From Monocercomonoides exilis PA203 (lineage: Eukaryota; Protista; Preaxostyla): 64,000 bases of DNA. A model generated the notes under the pieces. That model worked only from the letters and a program-made list of their open reading frames with translations. It was not told the origin of the DNA and searched no databases. The position numbers were made by a program, and so were the translations under genes. This document shows, piece after piece, positions 52,513 through 64,000 of this stretch. Numbering within the stretch: position 1 is the stretch's first letter; every line of letters starts with the position of its first letter. The stretch lies in contig LSRY02000076.1 of assembly GCA_001643675.2 (NCBI GenBank), positions 1 to 64,000 of the forward strand, read 5' to 3'.

Positions 52513-52664
52513 AGAGGAAAAGGAGGAAGAGGAAGAAGAAGAAAGAGAAAGAGAAAGAGAAGAAGGATTTAAAGAAGGATTGGAAGAAGAAGAAGAAGAA
52601 GAAGAAGAAGAATTTGAAAAAGGTAAGATCAAAGAGGAGAAATATCGTTACGCATTTAAATAAA

Positions 52665-55600
52665 TTAGTTTGCCAAAGGATGAGAATTAATATCTATCTT
52701 TTCTTTGCTCTTACCAAAACTAACATATCCTCGACGTTTCCTGCGAACAACGCATATAGCCAGCACAATTACAACAGCCGCAATAAAAACAGCTCCTCCG
52801 CAAGCGGAAGCGGTGATGATAATAATTTGTTGTCTCGTAAGTTTGCTTTTGTCTGGAGAACTTGGCGTTTTTCCAACTTTTAAAATCAGGCTGGATGTGA
52901 CATCCACCCCATTTTCCAATCCATTTGGATAACGCAAGCGAATTTCAACGGTTTCAGTATCCTTTGCATACAAAAAAGTCTTTTCAATCTTCACTTTCAG
53001 AAATGACTCGTTCAAAAATTCTGAGATTGGCACCTCAGCCCACTGCGATTCGCCTTTTCCTTCTTTTTTTCCTATTTCGCATTGCAAACCGCATGGAATA
53101 AGATATTCTCCTTTCATATTGACAGTCACTTCGCTTTCTTCACTTTTCGCATTTAGTCCATATTTATTGAGGATATCCATTTGATTGTCATTTGCTGGAT
53201 TAGTCTCCGAAGGTTTTTCAATTGCTGCTTCTTTCAGCTCAGGCGTGTAAAACAGCCCTGCCATGCTTTTCACTGCTTCTCCATACACATCGCACTCCTT
53301 GTTCCAAAAGCCAAATGGAATATCTGTTGAGCCATCACTTTTCTCATTTAGAGATTTTATTTCTATTTCACAATAGTCGTCTTTTTCACAGTGGATGTTG
53401 TGCCTCAGATGAGGAAATGCTTTACTCGAAGGGTCTGGTCGGTTGTTTTCAAAGGTGATGTTTTCCATCTCCAAAACCGAGTCTGTGATTAGTAACGCTC
53501 CTTCTTTAATGTTCTTGAATACGCAGTTATCAATACGAGGTTCTCTCCATCCGCCCTGAGTTCGAATCGAAACAAGGCAGCTGCTCCATTCACAAACAGA
53601 GACATCGCCTTCCTGCTCATTTCGAGAATTAACTGCAATTCCATCTTTTTCGTATTCCTGTTGACGATAATTCAACATTGGATCAATAGAAGCAATTGCA
53701 CTAGAGGCTGCTTTTTCGCTTATCGTGCCTATTACGACAACATTTGACATGAGCAATGTTCCTTTTTGCGCAACAATCAGCTTAAAGTCCAGAAAAGGCA
53801 CAGAAAATTGGTTGCTATAAGCTTCTAGCTCCTCTTCAGATGGCTTCAAAGTTATTGAAATGAGCTGGCAATCGTCCTCAATCAAAATAATGTCAACCGG
53901 CCGATGATCAAAATGCAAAGGATATTCGATTGATAATGAGCGCAATGTCGTCGTATGCTGAACGCAATAGAATACCGCAACATCGTCGCAATAAAGCTCA
54001 AGAGTTGAAGGAATGATAATAGTGGCAATATCTTTGCTCTCAGAACCAATATCGAAAGCAGTGTAATCGGCAGGAATGATTGACCTCTTCAAGGTGTGCA
54101 TTCCACTGACAAAAAAGGAATTCGTCTTTCCAAAAATAACATGTTCTTCTGTGCATTCAATTGTTTGGCACGGCTTCTCTTTTCTTCCACAATCTCTTGA
54201 GTCAACGGATTCTTCACCTCCAACATAAAGCGTTGTGCTTTTGTAGACGAGCTGATGCTCTCCTGGCATGAGGAGATCAACGCGATCTGCATTTTTCTGA
54301 TTCTTTCCTTCATTTATCTTCTCTTTGTTCTGCCTCTCTTCAACAATCATCAAATTCTCTTTTCCATACAATTCGTTCAAGTCAAATTCAAAGCAATGAT
54401 CTGTTAATTGTGAAACTCCTTTTGAGCTCGATATAAAAATCCATTTGCCAACATCCGAAACACATTCTGTGAAAGTTGATTGTGATAAATAAATATTCAA
54501 GTCATCAACAACCTCGTCTATCGCTTCAATGAACACAGCTCCCCCAAGCGATCCATCTCCAGTTCCATCACCTTCAGTGCATGAGCAACTTTCAAATCTT
54601 TCACCACTAATTTGCACATGAGCATTAGCCTGAGAATACTTAATGTAGATAACGCCTCCCTTCTTGTGATTCGGAGAAGTGCATTCTGTATAGCTGTTTG
54701 ACATGAGCAAAATCTCTTTCCAGTCTCCAATAAGCGTAAAAATAGATTCATCCGCACTTGTTGTTTTGAGATTGCTCATGATGCACCCGGAAATGTCTAT
54801 GCTATCTTTATTAAAATAAAACAATGCTCTGGAAGACGTAAAATCAAAAATATTTGTATTTCGTGCAAAAAAGTATCCGCCATGAATCTCAAACAAAGCA
54901 CAACTCAAAATTCCCTTCACATCGCTTGGATAGACGTTAGACAAGTTTATGCCAAAGGCCCCAGCAGAATCGCTGGAAACAACAAATGGCGAAGTCTTGG
55001 TTGTTTCAACTGTTGTATCAATCTTAATGCCCAATGAATTCAGATATAATTTTGCGTTATTCTTCACATTTATTGCTCCATTTCCTTCTGCTGCATACTC
55101 TTTTGATAAAGAAACACTTACATGTGCTTGAGATGGATCTCCTGCAACATTGATTGAATTTTCTGAACTGAAATATAAAGGCTGATTGATTTGCATCATT
55201 TCACTTCCATCACAAGATATTGTAACATCCCATTTCGTCTTTATTGCCTCGACAGCTGCTTTCAGTGAAAGACAAGGAGATTTCTTTGTCAATCCACAAT
55301 TTGGATCATCCTTCCCTTTGTCTGTGTTTAAGAAATAATTCAGTGATCCTTTAGATAGCAAATCATATCTTTCCTTAAAATCGCCACTTGACGCATTTTG
55401 AACGCAAACACTTTTGCCTTCAGAAGTCGAGAACGTTTTATCGTCAAAAATTGTCTTATCAATCGATTTTGTTCCGCCTTCTGAGACATACAAATCTGCC
55501 CCACTTTCCAAGAACTTGTTTCCCGAAAAAAGGCAATTTTGAAACCAACAACACGCTTTTATTTCATCTCCACCAACACCAATCCACGCTCCTCCTCCAT

Positions 55601-56783
55601 TTTCAGCGCAGCAACCATTAAATAAAACTTCCATAAGAGTAAAACTTTTCATTAAATTTGCATCTTTCACGTACATCCCACCGCCTCCTACAGTCACCTC
55701 GCATGATTGAAAACTTGTTTTCGAAATGGTTACTGTTCCTTTAATAAAACTCAAATAGAGACCAGCTCCACATAAACCTTTGCAGTTCTGAAAGGAGCAT
55801 CCCGTTATTTCCAAAATGCTGTTTGGATTTTCCATACCGATCGAAAGGGCACCTCCGGCCATTGAATCTTCTGAAGTGCAATACTGAAAAAGACAGTTTG
55901 TGTACTCCCAATTGACTACATCTTCTGCACTGCTCGAACAATTCACGCATGCAACATTTTCGTTCTTTCTTTCACAATAACAAATCTGAGCGTTTTTCAG
56001 CGTGAGGCTTTTCGGATGCTCAAAAACAGAGCATTTCTCCAGAATAAAATGTTCGACTTTTAGCTCGTCCAAATTCCCAACGTTAACTTTTTCCGAAATA
56101 ATAATAGGAGAAACTTTTGTGGTGAACTTATATACATCGTCAATGTCCAAATCTGTAATCGAAAGTTTTCCGCTTTTTGCGCTCAAAAATGAAAATTCAA
56201 AAGGCTCAAGCAAATGCTTCAAAGTGAAAATGGAGCAATGAGCAAGCTTAAGGTTTCCGTTTTCTGAATCGAGCAAAATGATTGCAGGTGCGTCTTGTTG
56301 ATGAAGGGTATGCCCTTCTCTGGCGTTTTCGAAGGTGCTCTCAAATATTTCTGTTGGATTCTGATTTGTTTGAGTCAAACAAAAATCCAAGCAACGCAGT
56401 TGCATCTCCATTTCACAAATAAAATGTGAGACTCCCTTTTGCACTGATGAGCTTATATCAACTTTCAGCCTTCGGCTTATGCCCTGAGGAGATGAACTTC
56501 CAATTTCAAGCAAAAACTCTTTATTCCATTTGCTGCCAGCTTTTATTTCAAGTTCATCCATAATCTTTATCGACTTTGCATCAATGTTCTTAAGCAACGT
56601 AAGTGCATGTTCAATTGTTTGGCACGGCGCGATATTTGTTCCGCAATCATTTCTGGAATCATCTCCAAAATGCGAAACAAAAATTGTTCGGACCTCATTC
56701 AGCACAAAGCCTTCATCTTTTTCAGCTTCCTCCCCAAATACTAAGCACACAATTATTTGTAACGTAAATAGAAGAGAAATCAT
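52665..56783 (-). CDS. 1372-aa type I membrane surface protein with beta-helix-type repeats
   Basis: Intronless ORF with signal peptide, three CGxxxxPC modules, GGA/GGG repeats, C-terminal TM helix and short tail RRKRRGYVSF. Confidence 0.88.
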   Translation of the reverse strand: MISLLFTLQIIVCLVFGEEAEKDEGFVLNEVRTIFVSHFGDDSRNDCGTNIAPCQTIEHALTLLKNIDAKSIKIMDELEIKAGSKWNKEFLLEIGSSSPQGISRRLKVDISSSVQKGVSHFICEMEMQLRCLDFCLTQTNQNPTEIFESTFENAREGHTLHQQDAPAIILLDSENGNLKLAHCSIFTLKHLLEPFEFSFLSAKSGKLSITDLDIDDVYKFTTKVSPIIISEKVNVGNLDELKVEHFILEKCSVFEHPKSLTLKNAQICYCERKNENVACVNCSSSAEDVVNWEYTNCLFQYCTSEDSMAGGALSIGMENPNSILEITGCSFQNCKGLCGAGLYLSFIKGTVTISKTSFQSCEVTVGGGGMYVKDANLMKSFTLMEVLFNGCCAENGGGAWIGVGGDEIKACCWFQNCLFSGNKFLESGADLYVSEGGTKSIDKTIFDDKTFSTSEGKSVCVQNASSGDFKERYDLLSKGSLNYFLNTDKGKDDPNCGLTKKSPCLSLKAAVEAIKTKWDVTISCDGSEMMQINQPLYFSSENSINVAGDPSQAHVSVSLSKEYAAEGNGAINVKNNAKLYLNSLGIKIDTTVETTKTSPFVVSSDSAGAFGINLSNVYPSDVKGILSCALFEIHGGYFFARNTNIFDFTSSRALFYFNKDSIDISGCIMSNLKTTSADESIFTLIGDWKEILLMSNSYTECTSPNHKKGGVIYIKYSQANAHVQISGERFESCSCTEGDGTGDGSLGGAVFIEAIDEVVDDLNIYLSQSTFTECVSDVGKWIFISSSKGVSQLTDHCFEFDLNELYGKENLMIVEERQNKEKINEGKNQKNADRVDLLMPGEHQLVYKSTTLYVGGEESVDSRDCGRKEKPCQTIECTEEHVIFGKTNSFFVSGMHTLKRSIIPADYTAFDIGSESKDIATIIIPSTLELYCDDVAVFYCVQHTTTLRSLSIEYPLHFDHRPVDIILIEDDCQLISITLKPSEEELEAYSNQFSVPFLDFKLIVAQKGTLLMSNVVVIGTISEKAASSAIASIDPMLNYRQQEYEKDGIAVNSRNEQEGDVSVCEWSSCLVSIRTQGGWREPRIDNCVFKNIKEGALLITDSVLEMENITFENNRPDPSSKAFPHLRHNIHCEKDDYCEIEIKSLNEKSDGSTDIPFGFWNKECDVYGEAVKSMAGLFYTPELKEAAIEKPSETNPANDNQMDILNKYGLNAKSEESEVTVNMKGEYLIPCGLQCEIGKKEGKGESQWAEVPISEFLNESFLKVKIEKTFLYAKDTETVEIRLRYPNGLENGVDVTSSLILKVGKTPSSPDKSKLTRQQIIIITASACGGAVFIAAVVIVLAICVVRRKRRGYVSFGKSKEKIDINSHPLAN

Positions 56784-58016
56784 TGATTGATCGATAATAT
56801 AAGTTTTTTTTCAAAAGAAAAAATTTTCAGATTGATAAAAAATATAATCAATCCAAAAAATTAAATAAAAAAAATAAATAAATGAGTCTTCTTTGAATTG
56901 AATAGTGAACATTTCAATTTTTGGAAATCGTGCTGATCTTGCTAATTTCGATAATCCATTTTTCGCTTCAATGAATTTTAATCTCGAATGGCAAAGCTTC
57001 AACTTTTCATTTTCACTTCAACAGCAGTTTCTCTCTTTGACGATGCTGAAGTTTCGGAGCAAGAGTGCCTTTCATTTTGCCACTGAAGAATTCATAAATT
57101 ACTTTTGTGTGGAGTTATCATCATTTATTTACTCCTGCTTTCTCAAAAACAGACTAACAAAGCAGTTTTATAGCAATAAAATCTTTTGCATTTCCTTCGC
57201 TCTGGTATTCTTCTTCGCTTTCCCTTTTTATTAAAAATATGTTATCCATCTATTTTGCTCTAAAATCACTTTTCTCCATCTTCCAACTATTTTCATGTTG
57301 AAATGCGTCCATTTGACTCAAAAGATTACGTATGAATCAACAATCATAATCAGGTTGATTCTTTTAAACTGACTTGAAAGCTAACACGCAGCACACTCAA
57401 CAAATTCTTTTCCCATTGCGAAGAAATTCCTTTCTTTCTTATCTGGTTCTCTTTCTCCTTCTCTTTCTCTCCATATATAAATAATTCCGTTTATCTTTCA
57501 ACATCTTCTCCTGTTCCAAACGTAGTCTAAAAGCTACAGAAAGCAATTAATTTTCTCTTTAAAACACTTATCTTTCATTCTGCTTTGTTGGCTGTTTCAG
57601 CCGATTGACTACAAATTGACTGGGGAAAAAATCGTGTTGCGATGAAGATTCGAAGGAAGCATGGCCCAAAATGAATTATCAGTCACAAAAGAAATTGTGT
57701 CTTTTCTATTTCATGAAACTTCGCAAAAGCCGAGACGCAAACAGAGTTAATGTTTTTTTTCAATCGAAGAGAAATATACGATATAAATTTTCTAACTTTA
57801 AAATTTTTAGAAGATGAAGAATATGAAGAAGAATATGAAGAAGAATATGAAGAAGAATATGAAGAAAAAGACGGAGATGATGATAATGACAAAGTCGAAG
57901 AAGTTGATGACAACCATTACGACAAAGTCGTTTTTGTTTCAGAAAAATACCAATTTTTTTCTTCAAAAGTTTGAAAAACCGCATGGAGAATAGATTCCCT
58001 ATCAAGAAACATGTAA

Positions 58017-59483
58017 TTACGAGGCCTTGCAATGAATATAGTAATCCGTAAAATTCTTTGTAACATGAAAATAGTACTTGTCCCCATTAAACATCCCATA
58101 GAAGCTGACAACGATGTCGTCGTACCCTTCCTCTTCCAGCTTGTCTATGGCCATTCTTTTCTCTGCTTCTGTTTTTGTCTGAAAGGCGCTTTCGCTTTCC
58201 TTTCTGGTCAGTTTACACCAAATCGGAGCCAAAAATGACACAACCGCATTCATTTTCTCCTTTCTTGCTCTCATTCTGAATAGAAGAGAGCTCATGAATA
58301 TCATACACCTCTTTATTGTCACATATTCTATTGTTGTTTGATAATGCTCTTCCAGAACAAAATCAATTGCTCCGCCTTTAGCAATGTCTTCAAAGGGTAT
58401 ATTTGTAGCCCCAACGATTAAATTAAATAGATCAACACATTTTTCGTTGATTTTTCTTCTGGCGCATCTTGCTTCCCTCCCCACTTTCACTACGCATGCA
58501 ACCATCTTCACATTATCTTCACTGCTTAGGGTGCAATTATCAAAACATAAATAAAGTGTCGAAATCCACCTTTTGATTATCCACATTTCTTTTGTTTCTT
58601 TTTTTCTGCCTTTCATTTCTTTCCATTGCACACACGCCAGTAGCTCTTCAAATTCTCTAATTGCTTCTTTTACGAAATGAAGCTTGTTTACAATTATGTT
58701 TTCGAGTTTTCTTTCTTTTTCTAACCTGCTCAACAAAAAACTCCAAGCGGATTGGTAAGCAAGTCGTGTCAGATTGCGATGTTCCTGATGATATTTGATG
58801 ATTTCTGAAGCATAACTTAAATATGCTTTTTTATCTAATTTCTATTCAAAAAAGAAAGAAATAAACACTTAAATATCATAAAAGAAAATGAAAATTTCAA
58901 ACTTCAGATAATTGAATACAACTTAAAGCCAATAATGACATTTCCACTTCTTTTTGGATTTCTGTATTTGTATCTTTTCTCAAAGCAACTTTCAAAAGGA
59001 ATGGCACGCCGATTGATATAACTTTTTTTGTAAAATAGTTACCAACAGTAAAATAGCTTTCAAAAAGATCAATTAGAAGCGTTTCGTTCTTTTCTCCTTT
59101 TTTCTTCCATTCCTCAAAAATCATCTTTTCTATTTTTTGTACCAATGAAGAAATGCAAGAGCTAATGCTCATCAAGCCATTCAATACTTTGCAGCAGCCA
59201 GCATATTTCAATAGCAATATTACATATTCTAAGTGCACATTCTTTTCCTCTGTTAATTCGTCAATTCTTTTGAACAATATCGATGTAAAAATTGATTTAA
59301 GTTCAACTCTGTTCATCTTATCAAATAGAGCGTTCATTTCAATGACCTTTTGTTTTTGTTCATCAATAGAATATTTTTCCAATTCGGAAAGTATTTCTAA
59401 AAATTTAGAAATTAAAAAACATTGTTATTAAACACAGAAAATTATCATTAAAACAAACCTAAAAATTTTTGAGATGAATGCAT
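58017..59483 (-). CDS. Second member of the expanded helical hypothetical family (3 exons)
   Basis: VPFLLKVAL, EMSLLALS, YHQEHRNLTRLAYQSAW and KLEEEGYDD match 29068-30546. Confidence 0.75.
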
Positions 59484-60402
59484 CAATTGATCAAAATTCC
59501 GTTGTAATTATCTACGAAACTTTCTTTTATTAAAAATTGTTGTTTTAAATTTCAAATATAACATCACGAATTTAATAATTATGCAAATAATCCAAACATA
59601 AAATAATATCAAGTTAGGAAAAAACAATAGCGTTAATAGTTTCAATAAATCTGCTGTAGAATTCAGGGTATAACAGAAGATAGTTAATATTTATAACTTG
59701 TCTCTAAAATAAGATGGAAAAATAGAAAAATTTTAATTTTCTGATCAAACCAATAGATAAAAAATTCGTTTTTCATCCATGAGGAAAAAAAACACAAATA
59801 AATTCACATGAATTGAATTAACATAACGCAATAATTAAACTGCTATTTGTGCATAAAAATGAATTCTATATTTAGACAAAAGTTGTAAAGATCTGTAAAA
59901 GATGTGAAGTATTAATCATTAATGGAATTTTCAAAAATTAATCCCTTAATGAGAAATGACCGTGAAAAACACACCATTCATTTTTTTTTTTTTTTTTTTT
60001 TTTTTTTTGAAAGGTTTTGCGTCGGAAGCATGCTCAATTTTTATGATGATGCTTTTATGAACACAGACGCTGTTCGTTGCTTTTGAATATTTGAGCTTCA
60101 GAAATCCTTCGTTGATCGATTAATTTTGGAAGTTTCTTTGAACCCGAAGAATAAACGTCATTGTTATTTAAAAACGCTCATAAAACAGAATCGAAAGAAG
60201 AATATCAACGAAAAGCTCTCTTGTGAGCAATGAAAAAGTTAGACTTTTGAAATTTATTTTAAAAAATTATCAAAAAAAAAAAGTTGATATTTATTTCCAA
60301 TAAACCTGCTTCAAACACAACAATTAGATTTGTTGATATTGTTCCAGCTACGGATGGAGAACACCAACAAATTCAATCACAAATTCAATTCTTTTTTTGA
60401 AC

Positions 60403-63200
60403 TTAAAAAAATAATTTTTCCGAACGGAAGACAAAAGAATAATAAAAAACCGACGAAAGCCTCAATGGCTTTTGCTTTACATTTAACTGCAACAGTAAAA
60501 TAACATGGAAGGGATAATCATCGAACTTTGGATTTGGGATGCCTATAAAACAAACAATGACAGAACATTGTTCCTCCTTCGCCATTGCTTGATGAGCATT
60601 TGCCAAATGAACAGGAAGTGATTGAGAGATTTGTATTTGTGCATCCAACGAAAAGTGCATCAACTCCCCCATCTCTTTCGCAATCCCCCAAAACTCCTCC
60701 ACCCCTCCAATCTTTCTGATCCTCCCGTCCTCTTCCAACATAGCGATGGCTGTGTCAAAATAAGGCAGATATTTTGTGTAGCATATCACCAACAGCACCG
60801 TCTTCCTTTTCAGCAGCTGGCTGATGCATTTGATGACCAGTGCTTATCCCACATGAGCATCGACACTTGCCAAAATGTCATCCAACAGAAACACCTCAGC
60901 CGATGAATAGACTGCCCTCGCCAGAGCTAGCCGCACACGCTGCCCGCCCGACAGGTTGTATCCTCTTTCGCCCACTTCTGCTTCATCTCCGCCTGGAAGA
61001 TTGGCCAAGTCTTGTTCCAAACAGCAGGCTTGAATGACAACAAAGAAGCTGATGAAGTCGAAGGGAGCGTGGAAGAGGATGCTGGATTTGATGGTTTCGT
61101 TGAAGATAAAGGGAATCTGGGATTGAAATAATGGAGGAACAGATATGTGATGTATGTTAGAAGGAGAATAAAATAAAAATTAAATAAGAAAAAGAAAAGA
61201 CGGATAATACGTAAATCATCGATTTAGAAATAAATAAAATAATTCAAAATAAAAAATCAATTATTTTCATTTTTATTCATCTTTACTTACAAACCTGAGG
61301 CACATAAGCCACCTTCCCCTTCAAATAACCTTTCCCTTCCAAACAGATTGTCTCTCCCAGAATGTACGCTAGCAGCGCTGACTTGCCACAGCCAGCAGGG
61401 TTGAAGAGGAGAGCGTGTGAATGCCTTGGAAGAGAGAGGGAGATGTTGTGGAGGACGGGACGAGGAGATGGCAAAGGAGGAGGAAGAGGACTAATGTGGG
61501 ATGAGTGATCGATGCCATACACCCGGACGAAGACCGAGAGAAATGAGTGGAGGAAGGAGGAATGACGAGAAGAAGAGGAAGAAGAAGATGAGGAGGAAGA
61601 AGAAGAGGAAGAGGAAGAAGTTGATAAAACAGTTGGTGATGATCGCAATTTATCTTTTTCTTCTTTTTCTCTATTCTCTCTTTTCTCTTCTTTCTCTTCT
61701 TTCTCTTTCTTTTCCTTTCCTTCTTTCTCATCTTTTGTCGATGTTTTGAGTTGCATTTTATTGCCTTTTTCTTGTATTCTTTCATTTTTGTTGGCAACTT
61801 CACAGCGACCCCATGCAAACGATGCATTTGACAGGCTAATCACCATATCATCGTTATCATTATGCTGTTCTTTTTCTTCTTCGCTCCCTTTTTCTTTATC
61901 TCTTTCTTTCTCTTTCTTTTCAACACTTTCAATGAGTTTTCTTTGATACACCACACTTTCATCATCATCATCACTTTTGGAATTTTCTTTGTTTGTGAAT
62001 GTAATCGAACTTTTGTCATCCTTCCCAAAATTCATCGACAAATCAGCAATGTCTTCTTTCTTTTTATCTTCTTCACCTTCTTTTTCTTCATTTTCTCCCC
62101 CTTTTTATCGTCCCTTCCATTTCCAAATGGCCTGATATCTCTAACCACCTCTTCTCCTTCTTCTCTTTCTTTTCCTTCGCATTTGTCAGCAGACTCAATA
62201 GACTGCAGCAGCATCTCCATTTTGTCAATGACAGTTTTCTCCATCCAGATGCTGTTCAACATCGACGGAATTCTGTTCAGCGATGTCCTGAGTGATTCAA
62301 TGATTCGGATGGAAGGATACAAGAAAGACACATTCAAAGGCAGATGCTGCCAGAAGTACAAGATAACAAGCACGATGAGGGTGAGCGCATTCACAAGCGA
62401 CTGCAAGTTTTCGTGGATGGAATTGGTGATAATCTGCAGTTAGAATTAGTTTTATAGTGAAGTTATAAATAAATTCCAAAAAAAAAAGGAAGAAATAAAG
62501 AAAGAAAAAATCAATAAATTATAAAAGAAAAGGAAAAAAGAAAAGGAAAAAAGAAAAAAGAAAAAGTGAAAACATGAAATTATCATTGCAAAAAAGTTAG
62601 ATTTATTTTAATTTTTTTATTATTTCTTTCTTTCTTTCTTATTTAAATAAAAATTGTTCAAATGTTACATCTAACGAATCGCACACATAATTTGATCAAA
62701 CATTTCTATCGTTATCTGTTCTGTCTTTTTGATTCGTTTCTTCTTCTTCCATGTGGCTTCAAGGTTTGCCTCGAAATCCACACCGATATCGGTGAATCAA
62801 CAATAATCATCAAAACAACACAAAATGATGACTTTCAACAAAATGCAACAAGCAGCTTGAAGGGAAAATACACATCAAGTGGAAATCACCATCAAACGAT
62901 AAATGTGTTGAAATGAATTCAAAATCCCGCATGTGTTTGGTTCCGCATATTGCATTAATCTTTCTTCGCCATCTCGAATTACTTCATCTTCTCTCATCCT
63001 CTAAGCCTTTTGGAAAAGAATCTCTTTCAATGCTCAATAAACAATGTTGTTCATTGTTGCCTCGATAAATTCTCTTATGCGTTCAATTATCATTCGCCCA
63101 ATCATCAAAAAACCTGCGAATTGTTGAAAGCTTGATTCCCTTCCATCAATCTTCCTTCAGGCCGGATGGCCAACTCAAGTCACGAACAAATAACAAAATT
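60403..63200 (-). pseudogene. ABCC/MRP-type ABC transporter pseudogene (TMD1-NBD1 fragment; may extend further 5')
   Basis: LSNASFAWG, Walker A NPAGCGKS, VAYVPQ, GERGYNLSGGQR and FLLDDILASVDAHVG followed by an in-frame TAA. H-loop lost, frameshift at ~62035, stops upstream, no second half seen. Confidence 0.82.
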
Positions 63201-64000
63201 ATCCTGATGTCTCAAAACTTTTCTCAACACTTCAAATTTGAAACATTCATGGAAACAAGCAAACACTCTGAAATAACAGAAAAAACCATTTCTGACAAGG
63301 AAAGCTTCCAGAAAACTCTTAATGTGAGGGAAATAAGTGAAATATATATGTTTGAATTTTAATCTGCAACAACGTTTAAATGCACAGTTTAATGTGCAAA
63401 TTGTTGCTTTTTTGTCTCTTCTTCGAAAAGTTCAAAAAAGCACCAAATTTCCCCTTCTTTGTTCCACTCAGAACGTTAAAATAGATATTTTTTTTTAATA
63501 CACAATTCCAGACATGTGGAGTATTTTTCAATACGTTCAAAATTTCATCGAAATTCAATAGAGATCCATGAAATGAATTATTGTTTCCTTGATCAGAAAG
63601 AAATTAAACTCTTTCTTACTTGCTTAAAATAGCCTATATTGTTGGCTTCTTTGTGATTTATTTTTTAACATAGATTATTTTACCCAATAAAGCAAAAGAA
63701 TCGAGTTTGACAATTATATTTTAATTTTGTCAATTATCAACAATGTTTGTTTTTCTGTTTTTCATTTGAAATTTAGCTGTGAATTGATCTTTGCTAATAA
63801 TAGGCAGAATGGAAATGCATGATGAAGACAAATCCATTGACAATGTTCAGGAGCTTTCCCTTGCAGACAGGTTTTCAAGTGTGTGAATTTAATCTATTGT
63901 TTTAAAGAACTTTATTTGACATGTTTCGATAATTTTGGAAGAATTTCTTCGCAAGCTGGAACACTGTAATGAAATTGAACAAAAGCATACAATCCTTGAA

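Overview
AT-rich, intron-containing eukaryotic DNA read in the standard code. Gene style and expanded families suggest an oxymonad such as Monocercomonoides (inference only). The main candidate novelty is a ~6.06-kb DNA transposon (541-6603) with 397-bp, apparently identical TIRs. Its spliced Sola-like DDD transposase carries a ubiquitin-specific protease (USP/C19) domain with an intact catalytic triad, inserted in its N-terminal half between Ser-rich linkers. Just after the stop codon lies a GC-rich multi-stem RNA-like structure with a cUUCGg loop and a possible pseudoknot. Beyond that is a degenerate, colinear antisense copy of the transposase catalytic domain that runs into the right TIR. 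No TSD is visible; the element sits between AAA and TTT. The rest of the window holds a probable LINE relic, two pogo-like pseudogenes, TA-flanked MITEs, a possible TTAA-flanked element carrying a surface-protein fragment, and host genes: a SPRY-like protein, CHID1, an atypical Rho, an EF-hand protein, YAK1, CFAP96, a divergent beta-tubulin, a 1372-aa type I surface protein, two members of a hypothetical family and an ABCC pseudogene. All alignments and folds were done by eye; exon boundaries are manual estimates.
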